Source: Vicugna vicugna | Lineage: Eukaryota | Reading direction: 5' to 3' | Assembly: GCA_013265495.1 (NCBI GenBank) | Contig: MU058384.1 | Span: forward strand, 743,622-807,621 | DNA length: 64,000 nt | Shown here: positions 1-13,544 of the stretch, piece after piece | How the letters are laid out: the number at the start of each line of letters is the position of its first letter | Position numbering within the stretch: position 1 is the stretch's first letter | The notes under the pieces: generated by a model | What the model was told of the DNA's origin: nothing | The model's input: the letters and a program-made list of their open reading frames with translations, nothing else | Database searches by the model: none | Program-made: the position numbers and the translations under genes

Positions 1-580
1 TGGTTGACAGTTCAGAACCACCTGAGTAGGACAAGTCACCTTCCTCTTTTGTTCTCTTCCCACTTCCCCTTTTCTCTTTATTTGTTTCCATAAATTTTGT
101 TTAAAAAGTGTCTGTTGCTGCAAAAATTGTCTCAGGTTATCTTTGTTTTATTTTTTTCTGGTTCATAATAAGAGTTTGTGAAGCTCATCAAAAGTGTTGG
201 GGAAATGTTCTTACTTCTAAATCTCTTAAGCATTGAATATGAGGGAACAGCTCTCGAATTCCTGGTGGTTTAATAAAAGTGACCTAGAAAGCCATGTGCA
301 CTTTATATTGTTGAGACTTCAGATGTGTTTCTTTGTTCTGTGTGTATTTTTTTACCTTTACTTTTAGTTATTTTAATTCTAGACTTTCTTGGGAGATCTT
401 TTTCTCTAGGAGCAGAGTTGCAAGTAGGTTTTCCCATATATTGACTAAATTAAATTAATTTTTCTTGCATTTATTGACAGAAAGCTCTTTATTGTGTCCT
501 CATCTGATGTTTAAATGTGTTTTCATATCCATATCACATTTTACCCTTTTTTTTTTGCTAAGTCTGTAATGCATTTTTCT

Positions 581-781
581 TAAATTGAAGTACTGTCAAT
601 TACAATGTGTCCATTTCTGGTGTACAGCACAATGTCCCAGTCATGCATATGCATACATATATTTGTTTTCATAAAAGGTTATTACATGATATTGAATATA
701 GTTTCCTGTGCTACACAGAGAAATTTGGATTTTTTTAAATCTATTTTTATATGTAGTGGCTAACATTTGCAAATCTCAAAC
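581..781 (-). mobile_element. 5'-truncated young LINE-1 3' end (cetartiodactyl/camelid-type)
   Basis: Antisense L1 tail 'taaattgaagtactgtcaattacaatgtgtccatttctggtgtacagcac...ggttattacatgatattgaatatagtttcctgtgctacac'. It is homologous to the copies at 21453 and 32573. Probable TSD catttttct (572-580) / cattttact (782-790). Confidence 0.85.
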
Positions 782-799
782 CATTTTACTATCTTAATA

Positions 800-1830
800 T
801 CATGTTTACGTGCCTTCTGTCTTTCCTTTTTGATCAGTCTTATGAGCTTTGACCAATTCTTGGTATTTTCAGGTTCTGCTTTTGGTTTTGTTATTCCACT
901 CCGCTTTTGTTTTGCTTTCTGTTTCATTTTTAAAATTTACTGACATTTCTTTATTTTACTTCCATTGGTTCTGTTCTGTCTTTTTGAATTTATCCATTTG
1001 AGTGGCCAAATTATCAATATTTAATTCCTCCTCATTTATTAATATAGTCATTTAAGCCCTGAAATAGTATTCTAGTTTCATTCACAGAATTCTCATTCTT
1101 GTTCAGTTCTACTTAAGTATAATTATAATTACCATTTTGCTTATACTTTTTTTTATTAGGACAGAGTTCTTTTTTTTTAATGAACCTATCAAAATCTGTG
1201 AGGCCTTACTATTTTCTCTAAATTAATTGCATTGTAGCATGTAAACAAGGTACTTTTGTTAATGATTCTTTGACCTTGTTGAGACTACTTTTGAGGATTA
1301 ATACATAGTAATTTTCTGTGACAATTCTGTGTGGGTTTGAAGAAAGATAAAAAGATGTTCCCTGTATGTTTGGTGCCCGTGCTCTACATTCCTTTGATAA
1401 AGTTTGTTAATTGAGTATTTCAAATCTTATGTACTCAAAAACAGTTGTCTCCCTGCTTCATTAATTTCTAAGGGAGTTGTTTAAATCTACTATTATAACT
1501 GATGAGTTATCAATTTTTCTTCATAATTCTGAAAATTTTAATTTTATTTATGGCACTATAATCATTTTGCCTGCATTTAGTATTAATATATTTTCTTAAT
1601 GGATTTCTACTTATATCGCCAAACATCTTCTTTATATTTAATAATACATTTTGATTTGAAAGACACTTCATCTAAAATTCTTAAAGCTAGATCTGTTTTT
1701 GTTTTGTCTTTTATGTTAACCTCTTTTAATTTGGTAAGTTCTATGTACATGTATATGTATGTATGTGTATACATACTTTCGTTTTTCTTTCAAACATTTT
1801 GCAGCCTTTCTAAATCTTTTTCTTGTTAAA
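800..1830 (-). mobile_element. Highly decayed old L1 (L1M-type) ORF2 5' region
   Basis: T-rich antisense L1-like phrases ('gaccttgttgagactacttttg', 'taaatctactattataactgatgagttatcaattt'), paralleling the better-preserved copies at 3950-5000 and 39360-40430. Boundaries approximate. Confidence 0.55.
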
Positions 1831-1849
1831 ATACTGAAAACGGAATAGG

Positions 1850-2610
1850 ATATAAGGCAGCCACAAAGTGAGTTATCACAGAACTAACATTTGTGTAGCT
1901 ACTTCCTAGGTTAGGAAATAGAACACTGTTAGCACTGCAAAAACCTCCTCAAACCCATTCCCAAATAAGATCCCATTTCTTTCAACCACTCCTGACTTCT
2001 AATATGTTGTTTATATTTGTTTGTGCTTTTACTTCAGATTACTGAAATCACGTAATATGTATACTTTCATATTGACTTCTTTCAACATGGCTTTTGTGAG
2101 GCTTTCCATGTATGTAGCAATTTTTATTTTCATTGATATATTCCTTGTATGACTATACCACAGTTGATTTGTGGATTCTAACATTTTTGGACATGAGTTG
2201 ATTTTGGTTGTCAACTACAACAATTAAACTAGATATTACTATTCTTGAAATTCTCACATGCAAATATAACTGTTGGAAAACCTTATAATGGAATTACTAG
2301 ACCATAGGCTACTGCATGTTTTCAACTTGCGGAGATAATGCCAAATTGTTTTACAAGGTGGTTGTCTACCACTAATGTGTTTCCAGTTGCTCAATATTCT
2401 TGTCAACACTTGATACTGCCACTCTATTTTAATGTGGATTTCTCTGACTATTAATAAAGTAGAGCCTTTAACACATTTGTTGACCATATATCCCTTTTCT
2501 TGACATTTTTCTATTGGTTTGTATATTGTTGTATTTGTAGAAATTTACTATGAAAGCTGAGGACAAATATCACAAATATCTTTTTGCATTATGTGATTTG
2601 ACTTTTGGTA
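1850..2610 (-). mobile_element. Old L1 (L1ME-like) 3' end
   Basis: Antisense L1M 3'UTR/ORF2-end phrases: 'gacttctttcaacatggcttttgtgagg', 'atgccaaattgttttacaaggtggttgt', 'gttgctcaatattcttgtcaacacttgatactg'. Confidence 0.7.
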
Positions 2611-2624
2611 TCCATACTCTTAAT

Positions 2625-3374
2625 TGTATGTATTCTTTTTGTGTGTGTGATGACAATTCTTTGAATTTAATCTCTAAATAACTTTTAATATAACATACAG
2701 TGTTAATTATATTTATCATGTTGTACATTACATCCCTAGTACTTATTTATTTTATAACTGGGAGTCTGTACCTGTTGACTGCCTTCATCCATCCCCTGCC
2801 ACTTCTGATAACATAAATCCCATCTCTCTTTTCTATTATTTTGTTTTCATGTCTGTTTCATTGTTTTTGGAGTATAATTGATCTATAACACTATGTTAGT
2901 TTCCATTACACAACATAGTGATTTTTTGGGTGCATTTCAAAATTATCACCATGGTGAGTCTAGTTAAGATATGTCACTCTACAAAGATATTTAGTTATTG
3001 ACTATATTCCCCATAGTATACATTTCATACCTATGACTTGTTTTCTTTGCAACTAGAAGTCTGTACCTTTTAAACCCCCTCACCAATTTTTTTCCTACTC
3101 CTACTCCCTATTTCATTGTTAAACACCCATTGTTCTCTGTATCTATAATTCCATTTCTCTATTGATATCTTTGTTCCTCTCTTTTGTTTTTCAGACTCCA
3201 CATAAGTGAAATCATATGGAATTTGTATTTCTCTATATGTTTTATTTCACTTAGAATAATAGGCCCATCCATGTTGTGGCAAATGGCAAGATTTCATTCT
3301 TCTTTGTGGCCAAGTAATATTCCATTGTGTACATATACCAGAACTTCTTTATCCATTCATCTATTGATGGACAC
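2625..3374 (-). mobile_element. L1MA9-like 3' end inserted into an older L1
   Basis: Well-preserved antisense 3'UTR 'catgttgtacattacatccctagtacttatttattttataactgggagt...gactccacataagtgaaatcatatgg...tttatccattcatctattgatggacac'. Confidence 0.8.
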
Positions 3375-5340
3375 AATACCATCTATTGAAAATACTATTC
3401 TTTCCCTATCCCTTTATATTACCATTTGTTTAGTAAATAAGCTAATCATATATGCATGATTCGGTTTCTAATCTATCCTATTCCACTGGTCCCTTTATAG
3501 ATAATGCCAAAAGACAACAGAATTCAAACTATGGAGGAATGTTCTTGACTCAATGCCATGTTGTTTTATTTAATATACATTTATAATGAGCTTTTATATC
3601 CAGAAAAGCAAGTTCTTTCACCATGAGTTCCTTCAAGAATGAATTGACTATTTTTGGTTTTATTTTCTTAATCACCCTGAGAAGTTCAAAAAAAACAAGT
3701 GAAAAAAGTTGAATTTTTGAATGGAATACATTTAATTCATACTTAAATTTGGGGAGATTTGACACTTTTACAGGTTTCAATTTTCCAATTCGTAGAAACC
3801 AGTTTGTACTGTATTTTTACCACATTGAAAATCTGCAAGATCTATAGTACAGAACTATTTTTGTTATTCTTGATGTTGTTTTTTTGTGTCTTCCCTCATT
3901 TCTTAATAACTCTCATCAGATCAAATTTAAAAGAACTATAATTTAATTCTGTTAGTTCTATCTATTGTACACTTGTTTTCTGCTTCATTAATTTTACTCT
4001 TATTTTTCCCCTCATATTTTGGGGGGCAAAATTTTCCATTTTTTTCTAACTTCCTGAGATGCATGGTTAGCTCAATGAATTTTAACTTTTCCTCTTTTCT
4101 GAAATATGAATTAAAGTCATAAATTTTCCTCTAAGTATAGCCTATTTGTCTCATAAGTTTTAATGTATAGTAATTCATTATGATTAATCTATACTATTAT
4201 CATTCCAATTTTGATTTTACTTTGAGCTGCAGCTTATTTAGAAGTACACTTCTTGATTTCCAAATTATGATTTTGTTAGCAATCTTTTTGATTTTGATTT
4301 ATAGCTTACTTCCATCGCAGTGATAAAACATATCCTATAATTTTACTTCTTTGTAATTAATTGAGACCTGCTTTGTGGTGAAGCAAGCATTCAAAATTTT
4401 TTTTTAAGTTTCAAGTACAATTTAACTATTGAGAATCTTGTTTTTGAGTGTAGGTACGATGTTTCATATATATCAAATAAGTCAAATTTGCTAATCACAT
4501 ATTGAAATTTTCCATATTCTTGTTGATTTTTTGATCCACCTACTTTGTCACTAGAGAAGTTTATTAAAATCTCTTACTATAACTGTGGATTTGCTTTTCA
4601 GTTTTGTAAATATATGTTTTATATTTATCAGAGGAAATGTTAGTAGGTTTTTAAAATTTATATTTGTTCTGTTCTGTAAAATTAACATTTTATCATTATT
4701 TTATTATATATGTCTGTGTATTTATGTTTAGCTGTGTGCATTTGTGTGTACACTCTAATAGCTGTTGTCTTTTAATCTGCACATTAGCTGAGTTAAATAA
4801 TGCAATCATTCATATGTTTAAGTATAAACCTCCCATCTTACTTTTTGATTTTTATTTGTCCCACTTGCCCTCTATTTCTGTTTTCTTCCTTCATTTCTTT
4901 AGGAAAACATTGTGTATGTTTAATTGTATTTCCTCCTCTATTAGTTCAGAAATATTTCACTCTTTCATTCGTGTTTGATGCTTAGCCAAAAGAGATTACA
5001 ATATACATTCTTCAGCGACTTATGTCTAATATTCACATGTACTTCAGGCCGATTCCTGGGCAATGTATACCTTAGAAGAATTTAAATCAAGTCATTTTCT
5101 CTCAAATTACACACCATTGCAGGAGTACTCAATTTAGTCATATTCAATTTTAAATGAAATGAGATACCATTATTGCTTAGATGGTCAATATTTGTTTAGA
5201 TTTACTGTCTTCCTTTCTCTGCGTTCCCAACAGGGATTATTGTCTTTATGCTTGAATAATATTTTTTAGCATCTCCTTTAGTAGAAATCCATTTGAGATG
5301 AGTTCTCATAACTTTTATTTGTCTAAAATATCTTTACTGA
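3375..5340 (-). mobile_element. Decayed L1 ORF2 fragments (C-terminal part, then endonuclease region) of an old L1M
   Basis: ORF 3550-3780(-) shows ORF2-like 'LPKFKYELN...LAFLDIKAHYK...KTTWH'. The 4050-4600 stretch has the antisense ORF2 signature 'ataaattttcctctaagtatagc'. Confidence 0.75.
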
Positions 5341-5364
5341 GTTTGGTTTTTCTCATCAATGTTT

Positions 5365-5620
5365 TGAGGAATAATTTATGCATGATGATTTGTATCCATT
5401 TAAAGTATATGACTTTTTGAATTTTGACACATGTAGAAATCTATGACAGTACCACCAAAATTAAGGTTCAGAACTATAACATACCCCCCAAATGATTTTT
5501 CATCCATTCCTCTTTGTCCCTCTCTGTGTCCCTGAGCCTAATCAAACTGCTAAGCATTGTGTCAGTTTGGATTGGTTTGCATATTACATAAATTATAGCT
5601 TATGCTTTGTATTGTCTGAC
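5365..5620 (-). mobile_element. Old L1M 3' terminal fragment
   Basis: 'gtatccatttaaagtatatgac...gaattttgacacatgtag...accaccaaaattaagg' resembles an antisense L1MB/ME terminus. Confidence 0.6.
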
Positions 5621-6124
5621 CCTTGAGTCTGCTCCTCATGTAATGGAGCCAATAAAAAAATACGAAATTTATTTTTCTTGTAGAAGAAAAGTTATTTTAG
5701 AATTTATATTAACCCACAATATTATCTTCAAACATTTCTCCATAGTTTCAATTCTTTTGTTATCTTAATTAATATTCTTATCTACTCTGATATCCTAAAA
5801 CAACTTAGTTCACAATTGTTTACACACATTCAGAGTACATACAAAGCTGACATGAGATTGATGAATTATTTAAGGACTTAAAAAGATCTAAGAGGAAATC
5901 TGTATTTTAAAAACAGAACAAATTTATATTATGTACACTTTAAGATCAGTATTTGACAAATAAATTTCCTGACAAGAAAACTATCCGTATTATCTAGACA
6001 GAAATACTAGAGTATCATGAAATCTGTAAGAGTATTTCATAACATTCCACATAGATTCAGTGTTTCTAAAATTGATGTTATTTAAAATTTTGTTTTGTAA
6101 TAGAAAGGCAAAAGATAGATAGTA

Positions 6125-6420
6125 TATGAACTTATTTGCCAACACCTTCTTTGTTCCAAAAAGTGTTCTAGGTGTTATGCATAGTTTAATAAATAAAGCA
6201 GACAAAAGTGCTTGCCTTCATGAAACTTACAGTCTCATGTGGGAAAACAGGCCACATGCATCATGATAAGCAAATTTTATAATACTTAGGGAAATAAATT
6301 CAGGGGAAGAAATAGAGCAAATAAGGAAGATGAAGAGAACTGACAGGAGAATTGCAAACCAATGTAAATAAAATAGTTTGTCATCATTGAAAAAAGTAAC
6401 ATTTTCAAAGGAAAGGGTTT
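6125..6420 (-). mobile_element. L2 3' fragment
   Basis: 'aagtgttctaggtgttatg...cagacaaaagtgcttgccttcatgaaacttacagtctcatgtgggaaaacag' matches the antisense L2 3' end. Confidence 0.7.
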
Positions 6421-9400
6421 ACTGGCATTATAAACTTATAACAGCCAAGAAATCAGACTTGGAGGACATGTGTTAGAATCATTCCATCTGAGTGGAAACG
6501 GGACATGCGGCTGTTACATCAGTGGCCAAGACTCCCTTTGAAGCTTTCACATTAAGAAATAAGTACATCATTAATTACAGCAGCAGGAGATACAATATAA
6601 AATGCTAATAATCTGTTTTACTATTTTCAAATAACCAATTAATTACCTTCCAGAAATATTAAAGAAACGATCAAATACACAAATATATAAAACAGAAAAA
6701 AGTGAAACAAAAGAAAGCATCTTTTACATAGACCAAACAGGCCGCAAAAACAAACAGCAAAAATGAATGCATTCAGACTTGTGCCTGTGTGCATGCACAC
6801 ACGCACACACACACACATACACACTTACTTGGAGTAAGACTATAATTGATCTTACTACTTTGACATGCAGTTAATAAAATCCCTGATTTTGGTTATAGGT
6901 TGAGAGCAAAATGTGGGACTGGTTTGGTCATTAACTTGCCTCATGGTAAACTTACACTGTCTTGTTCAGATTTTCTAACCATTTATGGGGAATTATATAT
7001 GTGACCACTGAATTTAAAAAAAAAACTATGTTGTTTGGTAAAATATGAATTAGAAAAAGTTGTTTCTACATGATCATAGTAAAGACTACACTTTATTTAA
7101 AGCATTTTATGAATATTTAATTGACATCATTGATATGCGTTCATTTCTTAACAAGTTCTAAGGCAAAATAATATATTCTCTTTCAAAAGAAAAGAAAATT
7201 AGCCTCATTTTTACTTTATTGCAAAATCTGAACCTTTTCCTCACAAGTCCCCCATACATAACTACTCCAGCTGACATCTTTTCCATAAAAAATATTCATT
7301 GAGTTCTGTTTGAATACCATATATCAAGTGAACATGTAAGTGTCCTCATTATTCATGAATCAGACAGCACCCCAAGTGTACCCAGCATTAAATTGCTTTT
7401 GAATCGTCTATAATCTCTAGAAACGTCTCCTTCCAAAACACATTTTGCAGAGAAACTCAATTTGAATTCTGCATATAAGGTAGCAACACACGAAAGGCTA
7501 AAGATAGGTTTGAAGGTCATTTTGACATTGTTCCTACAAGTAAAACTTTGCTATATTTATGGAACAAACCCCGGGAATGTTTTGCATGTCACAGCATGAG
7601 ATTATAAGATGCCTACATGGTCCTTTTCTGAATAATGATGTAGTAAACTCACCCTTTTGTTAAAAATAGATGCTTGTTCTTTCTAAAACAGAAACAACAT
7701 ACAGCTTTGAAGGAGACAAGCAGAAAGCCATGAAATGAGTCATCAGCTGTGTTCGGTTACAGTGGGTTTATCTGTGACTGTGTGTGAAAAACCACTCACA
7801 AGAAGTCAGCAAAAGTGCAGCCAATTGCTGAGAGCTCATCATGCCGGGTTATTCTTGGAGGAGGCTGGTGTTTGTAGGGAGCAACGGCAGTTACCAATTA
7901 TTGCCTCTACTTGGCAAAATGAATGGGTCTGAACTGTTATCTTGAACGTGTTCTCAGCAAGAACTATATTTAAACTGCTGACACCAGTAATTGTGTCTTG
8001 CTCATCCAATCCCGAGTCTGATCTTAAGTGTTTTACAGTATGTAGTCAAATGCGCTTACCTTGGGCTTTTAGTGTCCACAGAGCAGGTCTGATAAACAGC
8101 ATGCGCTAAAATGCATGTTTTACAATGTTCTTTTATCTAATTTCTGGTGAATATCATAGGAATGAAAGGAATGTTTTTACTATGGTTGCTATTGAAATAC
8201 TTTGGTATCAATTTCTATCATCAAATCATTTCTAATCCTCATAGAAAGGTACCCTAGCGCACAATAATATCTACATGTGGTTTTCAACTGATAATTTATA
8301 ACAGCTGAGATATAATAATAAACTTGCCTTGGGAAATGTAATGTGTGAAAGGGATGCATTTGTTTTATTTCTGTTGATTACCTTGAAGGTACACAACATA
8401 AAGGGAAACATTATTGGTGTCTTTGTCATTATAGAAAAAAATCTCTCCTTGTTTGAGTTCACTGTAGTAATCATTGCTGTCAACAGTGGGTCAAAGAAAC
8501 ATCACTTTTTGTTGAAACTTTCTGCTTCCAGTTTCCCCAAGATACAAGTAAAATTTCAAGAGAAAAAATTAACAAATACATTATAGGCACAACATGACTG
8601 CAAAAAGAAATGCTATTTTTTAAATGCAATATGAAAAAGTAATGAATTAGGATTCAAAGTCAGAGAAGTAGAGGGCAAACAACCACCCCCATTCTCACCA
8701 GAGGGGGAAGTAGATCAAAGTTTGTCTACAGGTCAGTGGTGCTGGCCCGTTTCTAGCCCTGCCTCCATGATCAGTGACATCATCTGTCATGTTCTTCATT
8801 TTTTTGTCTCCTTCTTATTGGCTATTTTAAGCTTACAATATTTTACTATAATTTGCAATGACTCTCAGTCTCTATTATTTCACAGAAGAATATCCACAGG
8901 TATAGAGAGTTTAATGAAAAGTACTTTCATTTTTGATTTATTTTTATTTTAGCTGGCAAAACAAGGTCAATTTGAGGAAATACATAGAGCTCTAAAGAGG
9001 AAGTTTGAAAATAGTTTCCATTAATGGACGTTTTCCTTTGTTTGAATTATTTTGAGTACACCAAAAAAAGTAAACAATTATGTTCTTTGATTCTATTAAC
9101 TATTATAAATGATGCTAAGCTGTAAAGAATAATACTGACTAGCTTAACAATATTTGGTTGGATATTTCATTTTTCTTTTTGTTGATGGTTTTGTGATTGA
9201 CTAGGTAGATGAAATGAAAATTTCATTAACATGCTTGTTGGTTTGTTTTTGCCATGGATTTAGGAATAAGTTAGTTTCATACCTTAAAATGGCTCCCTTG
9301 AAAATGAATGCAGTAGACTATTGCTGCCTTGAAGATGTTCCCAGGGACTGTCTTTATTCACTGTGAAGATAACACAAGATGTGTTACACTTGGGTTCTTT

Positions 9401-9899
9401 AAATAGGAGCTATTTCAAAGCAACTCCTAATTACCTGCTGGGATTGTGTGACATTCCAGGTCTTGCTAATGCTTCTTCTCCCAGATTGAATCTCCCTGCC
9501 CCCACATTGCTAATGAATGAGCAAATTTATCAGAATCTCAAGAAACTAAGAATTTTGGTTTATTTAGGGTGAATTTGCACAATAAAATCTGGTGTCTACT
9601 TTGAATAGAAACAAGTGAATGGTCTGATTAATACAGAAAGTAATGTACAAATTTCCAACCAGCCAAATCTCATGTCAAGTTAGCCACTACAATCATTTGA
9701 GGAAACAAAATTTTGCGTAAGAGTGAATCATATGCTTTCTTCTTTTTTCAGCATTAGCATTCAGTTGAGCAATTTTCCCCCAGATGTATTTTATGACCAA
9801 CTCTCCTTTGTCCAAGACGTCAGAGAGGAAATAATTTTATAGCTTACAATTCTTAAAATATCACCTATCTGTAACAGCATCCACACTGCATCTCTGATA

Positions 9900-10700
9900 C
9901 ATTTCTGCTCGGGTTGTAAATGGTACAGCCCCTCTGGAAGACAGTTTGACAGTTTTGTAAAAAGTTAAAAAATACTCTTAACCTACAACCTAACAATCAC
10001 ACTCCTGAGTATTTATCATGGAAAAATTAAATCTTACGGCTATGAAAATATTTATGTGATGGCCATAGCTGCTTTATTTGCAATCTCCCAAATTGGAAAT
10101 CACACAAATGGGGTGGGGATGGATGGATTAAAAACCATGATACATCCATACAGTGGAAATTCAGCAATAAAAAGAGCAAATTATTTATATACAAAAACAA
10201 CATAGATCAACTCAAGGATATTATGCCTAGTGAAAAAAGCCAATCTCAGAAAAGTACATACTGTAGGTGTTGCATTTTTGAAGTGACAAAAAGGGTAATG
10301 GTAGAGAATAGATCAGAGAGAAATTGCCAAGAGTTAGGATTAAGGTAAGGATGTGACTTAAAAGGGTTAGTATGAGGACGTTTCTTTGTAGTGATACAGC
10401 AGCCTGTTTCCTGATTGTGGTGGTGGTTACATGAGTCTATGCCCATAATAAAATTTCATATTATTACATGTCACAACACACACACACACACACACACACA
10501 CACCCCACACACACATACATCCAAGGGCAGGAAACAATCAGTGAATTCTTATAAGATCTGTAGTTTACTTAATAGTCTTGTAACAATGTCAGTCTCCTGG
10601 TTAAGATACACTATGGTTAAGTAAAATGTTATCAGTATGAACAACTGAGTACAGGGTCCTAGAGGATTCTCTGTACTGTTATTACCTCTTCTTGTGAAGA
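9900..10700 (+). mobile_element. Old L1 (L1MC/MD-like) ORF2 end and 3'UTR
   Basis: 'tgtaaatggtacagcccctctggaagacagtttgacagttt...caatcacactcctgagtatttatc', 'tacatccatacagtggaa', 'agtgaaaaaagccaatctcagaaaagtacatactgt'. Confidence 0.85.
10476..10520. repeat. (CA)n microsatellite, interrupted
   Basis: 'acacacacacacacacacacacacacaccccacacacacatacat' is directly visible. Confidence 0.95.
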
Positions 10701-10749
10701 ACAGTACCCATTTAATCTCTACATAGCCATGATGGTCTGAAAGTTTGCA

Positions 10750-10900
10750 TCTGCCTACTAGGTCACAGGCATTGTGTTAAGTACTTTATATCTCTGAAAG
10801 AAGGGAAGTTTTATCTACCTTTTGTGATTGAAGAACCTAAAACCCACCAATTATATTTTCCCAAAATCACACATATAAGCTGAGTCTTCCACCCAAGTCT
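10750..10900 (-). mobile_element. MIR fragment
   Basis: 'cctactaggtcacaggcattgtgttaagtacttta...ttttcccaaaatcacacat' resembles antisense MIR. Confidence 0.45.
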
Positions 10901-11504
10901 GGGGGTTTTTTTCCTCCCAAATTTATTCTATTTTTGGCCTTTCCATTTGCTTCTTTTGTCTCTTTTTGTCACTAAGTCTTCCCAAGAGCCTTGAAACTTG
11001 GTTCCTCACTTCATACCTCTTCAGTTTTTTTAAAGCTTTCTTTCCCTGTTCTCTAGGAGAACTCAAGTACAACATGTCCAGCACTCTGAAGCTTCTCATC
11101 TGTCACTTATTGCCCAGATTTGTAAAATCAGGGACCAGTCTGAGTTCGTGAATGAACTCGTAATGGCATCAACATTAAGTTCTATGCATTTCTATGACTT
11201 TAAAAAATAAAACTTCCCAGTGTTCAAAACCCTTAAAAAGAAGTCAATTCTATTGATAATTCTTCTGAAGTTATTTTGAGAAAAATAGAGATGAGGCAAA
11301 CTAAGAGCTGTCAGATTGAAAAATTGTCCTTTTTGAAATATTGGTTCAATTTTCAAGCCTTGCAGATAGCTTTTAGAGTTTTTATTTTACTCTAAAGGTA
11401 TTTGCATACATTTTTCTTATTATAATACATATTTTAAATGAATGTTAGTGGAAATTCAAATATTGTGGAATCAAAAGCAAGTGAAAAAGTAGATTGCAAA
11501 CCCA

Positions 11505-11635
11505 GGAGAGTAGCGTATTGGATAAGAACACCATTTTTGATCCAGACGAACTTGGGTTCAAACCTTCACTCTGCCACTTCCTAGTGTTGTTTTCTTTGAC
11601 AAATCATTGAAATCTCTTTTATTTCATATCCATTA
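11505..11635 (+). mobile_element. MIR fragment
   Basis: 'ccagacgaacttgggttcaaaccttcactctgccacttcctagtgttg...gacaaatcattgaaatctct' matches the MIR tRNA-derived/core segment. Confidence 0.7.
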
Positions 11636-13197
11636 AGACTCTAAAATACTAAGAGAATGCACATTTTTCATGTACTGGATGTTAATCAGATTATGATGAA
11701 CAAGATCATTATCAAAGAGATTTATCACAAATTAGTTAGAAAATCGATTCTCCAAAAAAGTAAAGAAGTCAAGTCATGGTTCAAAACAATTGATGAATCA
11801 TAGTCTTCTGTATTAGTAATTCAAACATAAGGCATTGAAAAAATATTAGCCTATGTATGGCATAAATGGGACAGATAAGCCATTTTTGTCCCATAAAAAA
11901 TTAGAGAATATAAAAATTGTTAATACTGTGGAGCAGTTAGTATATTTGTACATCATATTTAATCTAAATGCTAATGTTAAGAAGAAAAAAGCTGAATTAC
12001 TCTAAAAATGTGTTGTAATCTTTAAGACTGATGTTTCTAAAAAAGATGTGGGAAAATTACATGTGGAAACCTTAGTTTTTAGCAGAATTTTATATGTCTT
12101 TTGATTGAATTATTAAAAAGAAATGTTACCAAAAAAGCCAGCTAGGTTCAAGGTTAAAAAAAATACATAGATGTATAGGATCAGAATTTACTAAAAATCT
12201 TTTATACTTAGGGGTACAACTTTAAAAATTTTTTTAAAAAGGTATTTAACTTTAAAAACAATTGAACTATTATTGATGAATGAAAGTTTTAGGCATGCTT
12301 ACTATTTATTTAGTTTTTAATCCAGCCAAATGTTTGTTCAAATCTACTAGTAAAAATTATTAAATGTGTTTTCAATAGTTTTAATTAATCATTAATTGCT
12401 TTAGAGAAATGTTCAATTGGGGAACAGGATAGTTGTCCTACTTGAATTTTATTATCAGTGGTCTAAGCTACCTTTTGTCTGTGACATTATCTTTCTCGAA
12501 TTAGTCAGGTACAGATAGGTACTTTCAGAACTTGTTTGATTCCCCTGTGCTAGAGAATCAATTACCAAAGACAAGAAAATAGAATAGAGTTAGCAAATTC
12601 AGAAAACAGTATGCCCAAATTTGGCCTGAATGTAGATGTAAATGTCTCAATATTTTCATTGACAGAAAAGTAGCAGAAACATTGAAAAGGGAAGATCACA
12701 GAATGGATTAATAACCACAAGTGATGTAGTAGAAAGTTAGCATCATATAAAAAACCCTGTGGTTATAAAGCTTTAGCTGAAGAAAGGAAACTAAATAGGC
12801 CATCAGGGTCTCTGGTCTCAGTGGATGGTGGCTTCTCTTTCTCTTCCTCCTCTCTCTTCCCTTTCTTACTGCTCTTCAATCAGTCATTGTTGGTGCATGA
12901 TTTGTGTTTCATCTTTTACTTCATCTTATTTTATTTGACAAAAAGTAGTGTTTTCTTTAATATTTGTCACAAGATTTTTGGTTTAGATTATATCCCCTAG
13001 TGTGGGGATTGTCAGGGCAGTAAAATAAAACCACGCTTTGTTTCCTCTATGTTGCTGAGAACCTGGGTTTCACCATCGAAATGACCTAGTCTGGGGCCTC
13101 ACCTCTGTATACTGCTAGCTGGTTACTGTGGACCGCTTACATAAATGTCTCTCGGACTGCGTTACGTCATCTGCAAAAAGAAGACAATAACACAGAT

Positions 13198-13544
13198 GGT
13201 ATTAGTCAGCCAGGGCAGCCATGACCACAGACTGGGTGACCTAAACAACAAAAATGTATTTTCTCACGGTTCCAGAGGCTGACAGATCCAAGATCAAGGT
13301 GTTGGCAGATGGCTGCCCTCTGGCTGTGTCCTCAAATGGCTTTTTCCTTGTCTGTGCACATTCCTGTCATCTCTTCCTCTTCTTGTAAGAACACCAATCT
13401 TATTGGATCAGGGCCTCATATGACCCTGCATATGACCTTATGTCACCTTAATTACCTCCTTAAAGGCCCTATATCTTCATACATCCCCACTGGGGTTAGG
13501 GATTCAGTGTATGGATTTGGGGGGATACAATCCAGTCCTTAACA
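13198..13544 (-). mobile_element. MaLR solo LTR (MLT1A/B-like)
   Basis: Starts 'ggtattagtcagccagggcagccat', contains 'ttttctcacggttccagaggct...ccaagatcaaggtgttggcag' and 'ccttaattacctccttaaaggccctat', ends 'cagtccttaaca'. TSD cagat/cagac. Confidence 0.9.

Noticed and set aside
6821..6870. Minus-strand CAA|GTAAGT donor with a nearby TGCATG and a small agtaaga/tcttact hairpin
   Set aside because: There is no convincing polypyrimidine acceptor upstream, and isolated donors are common by chance.
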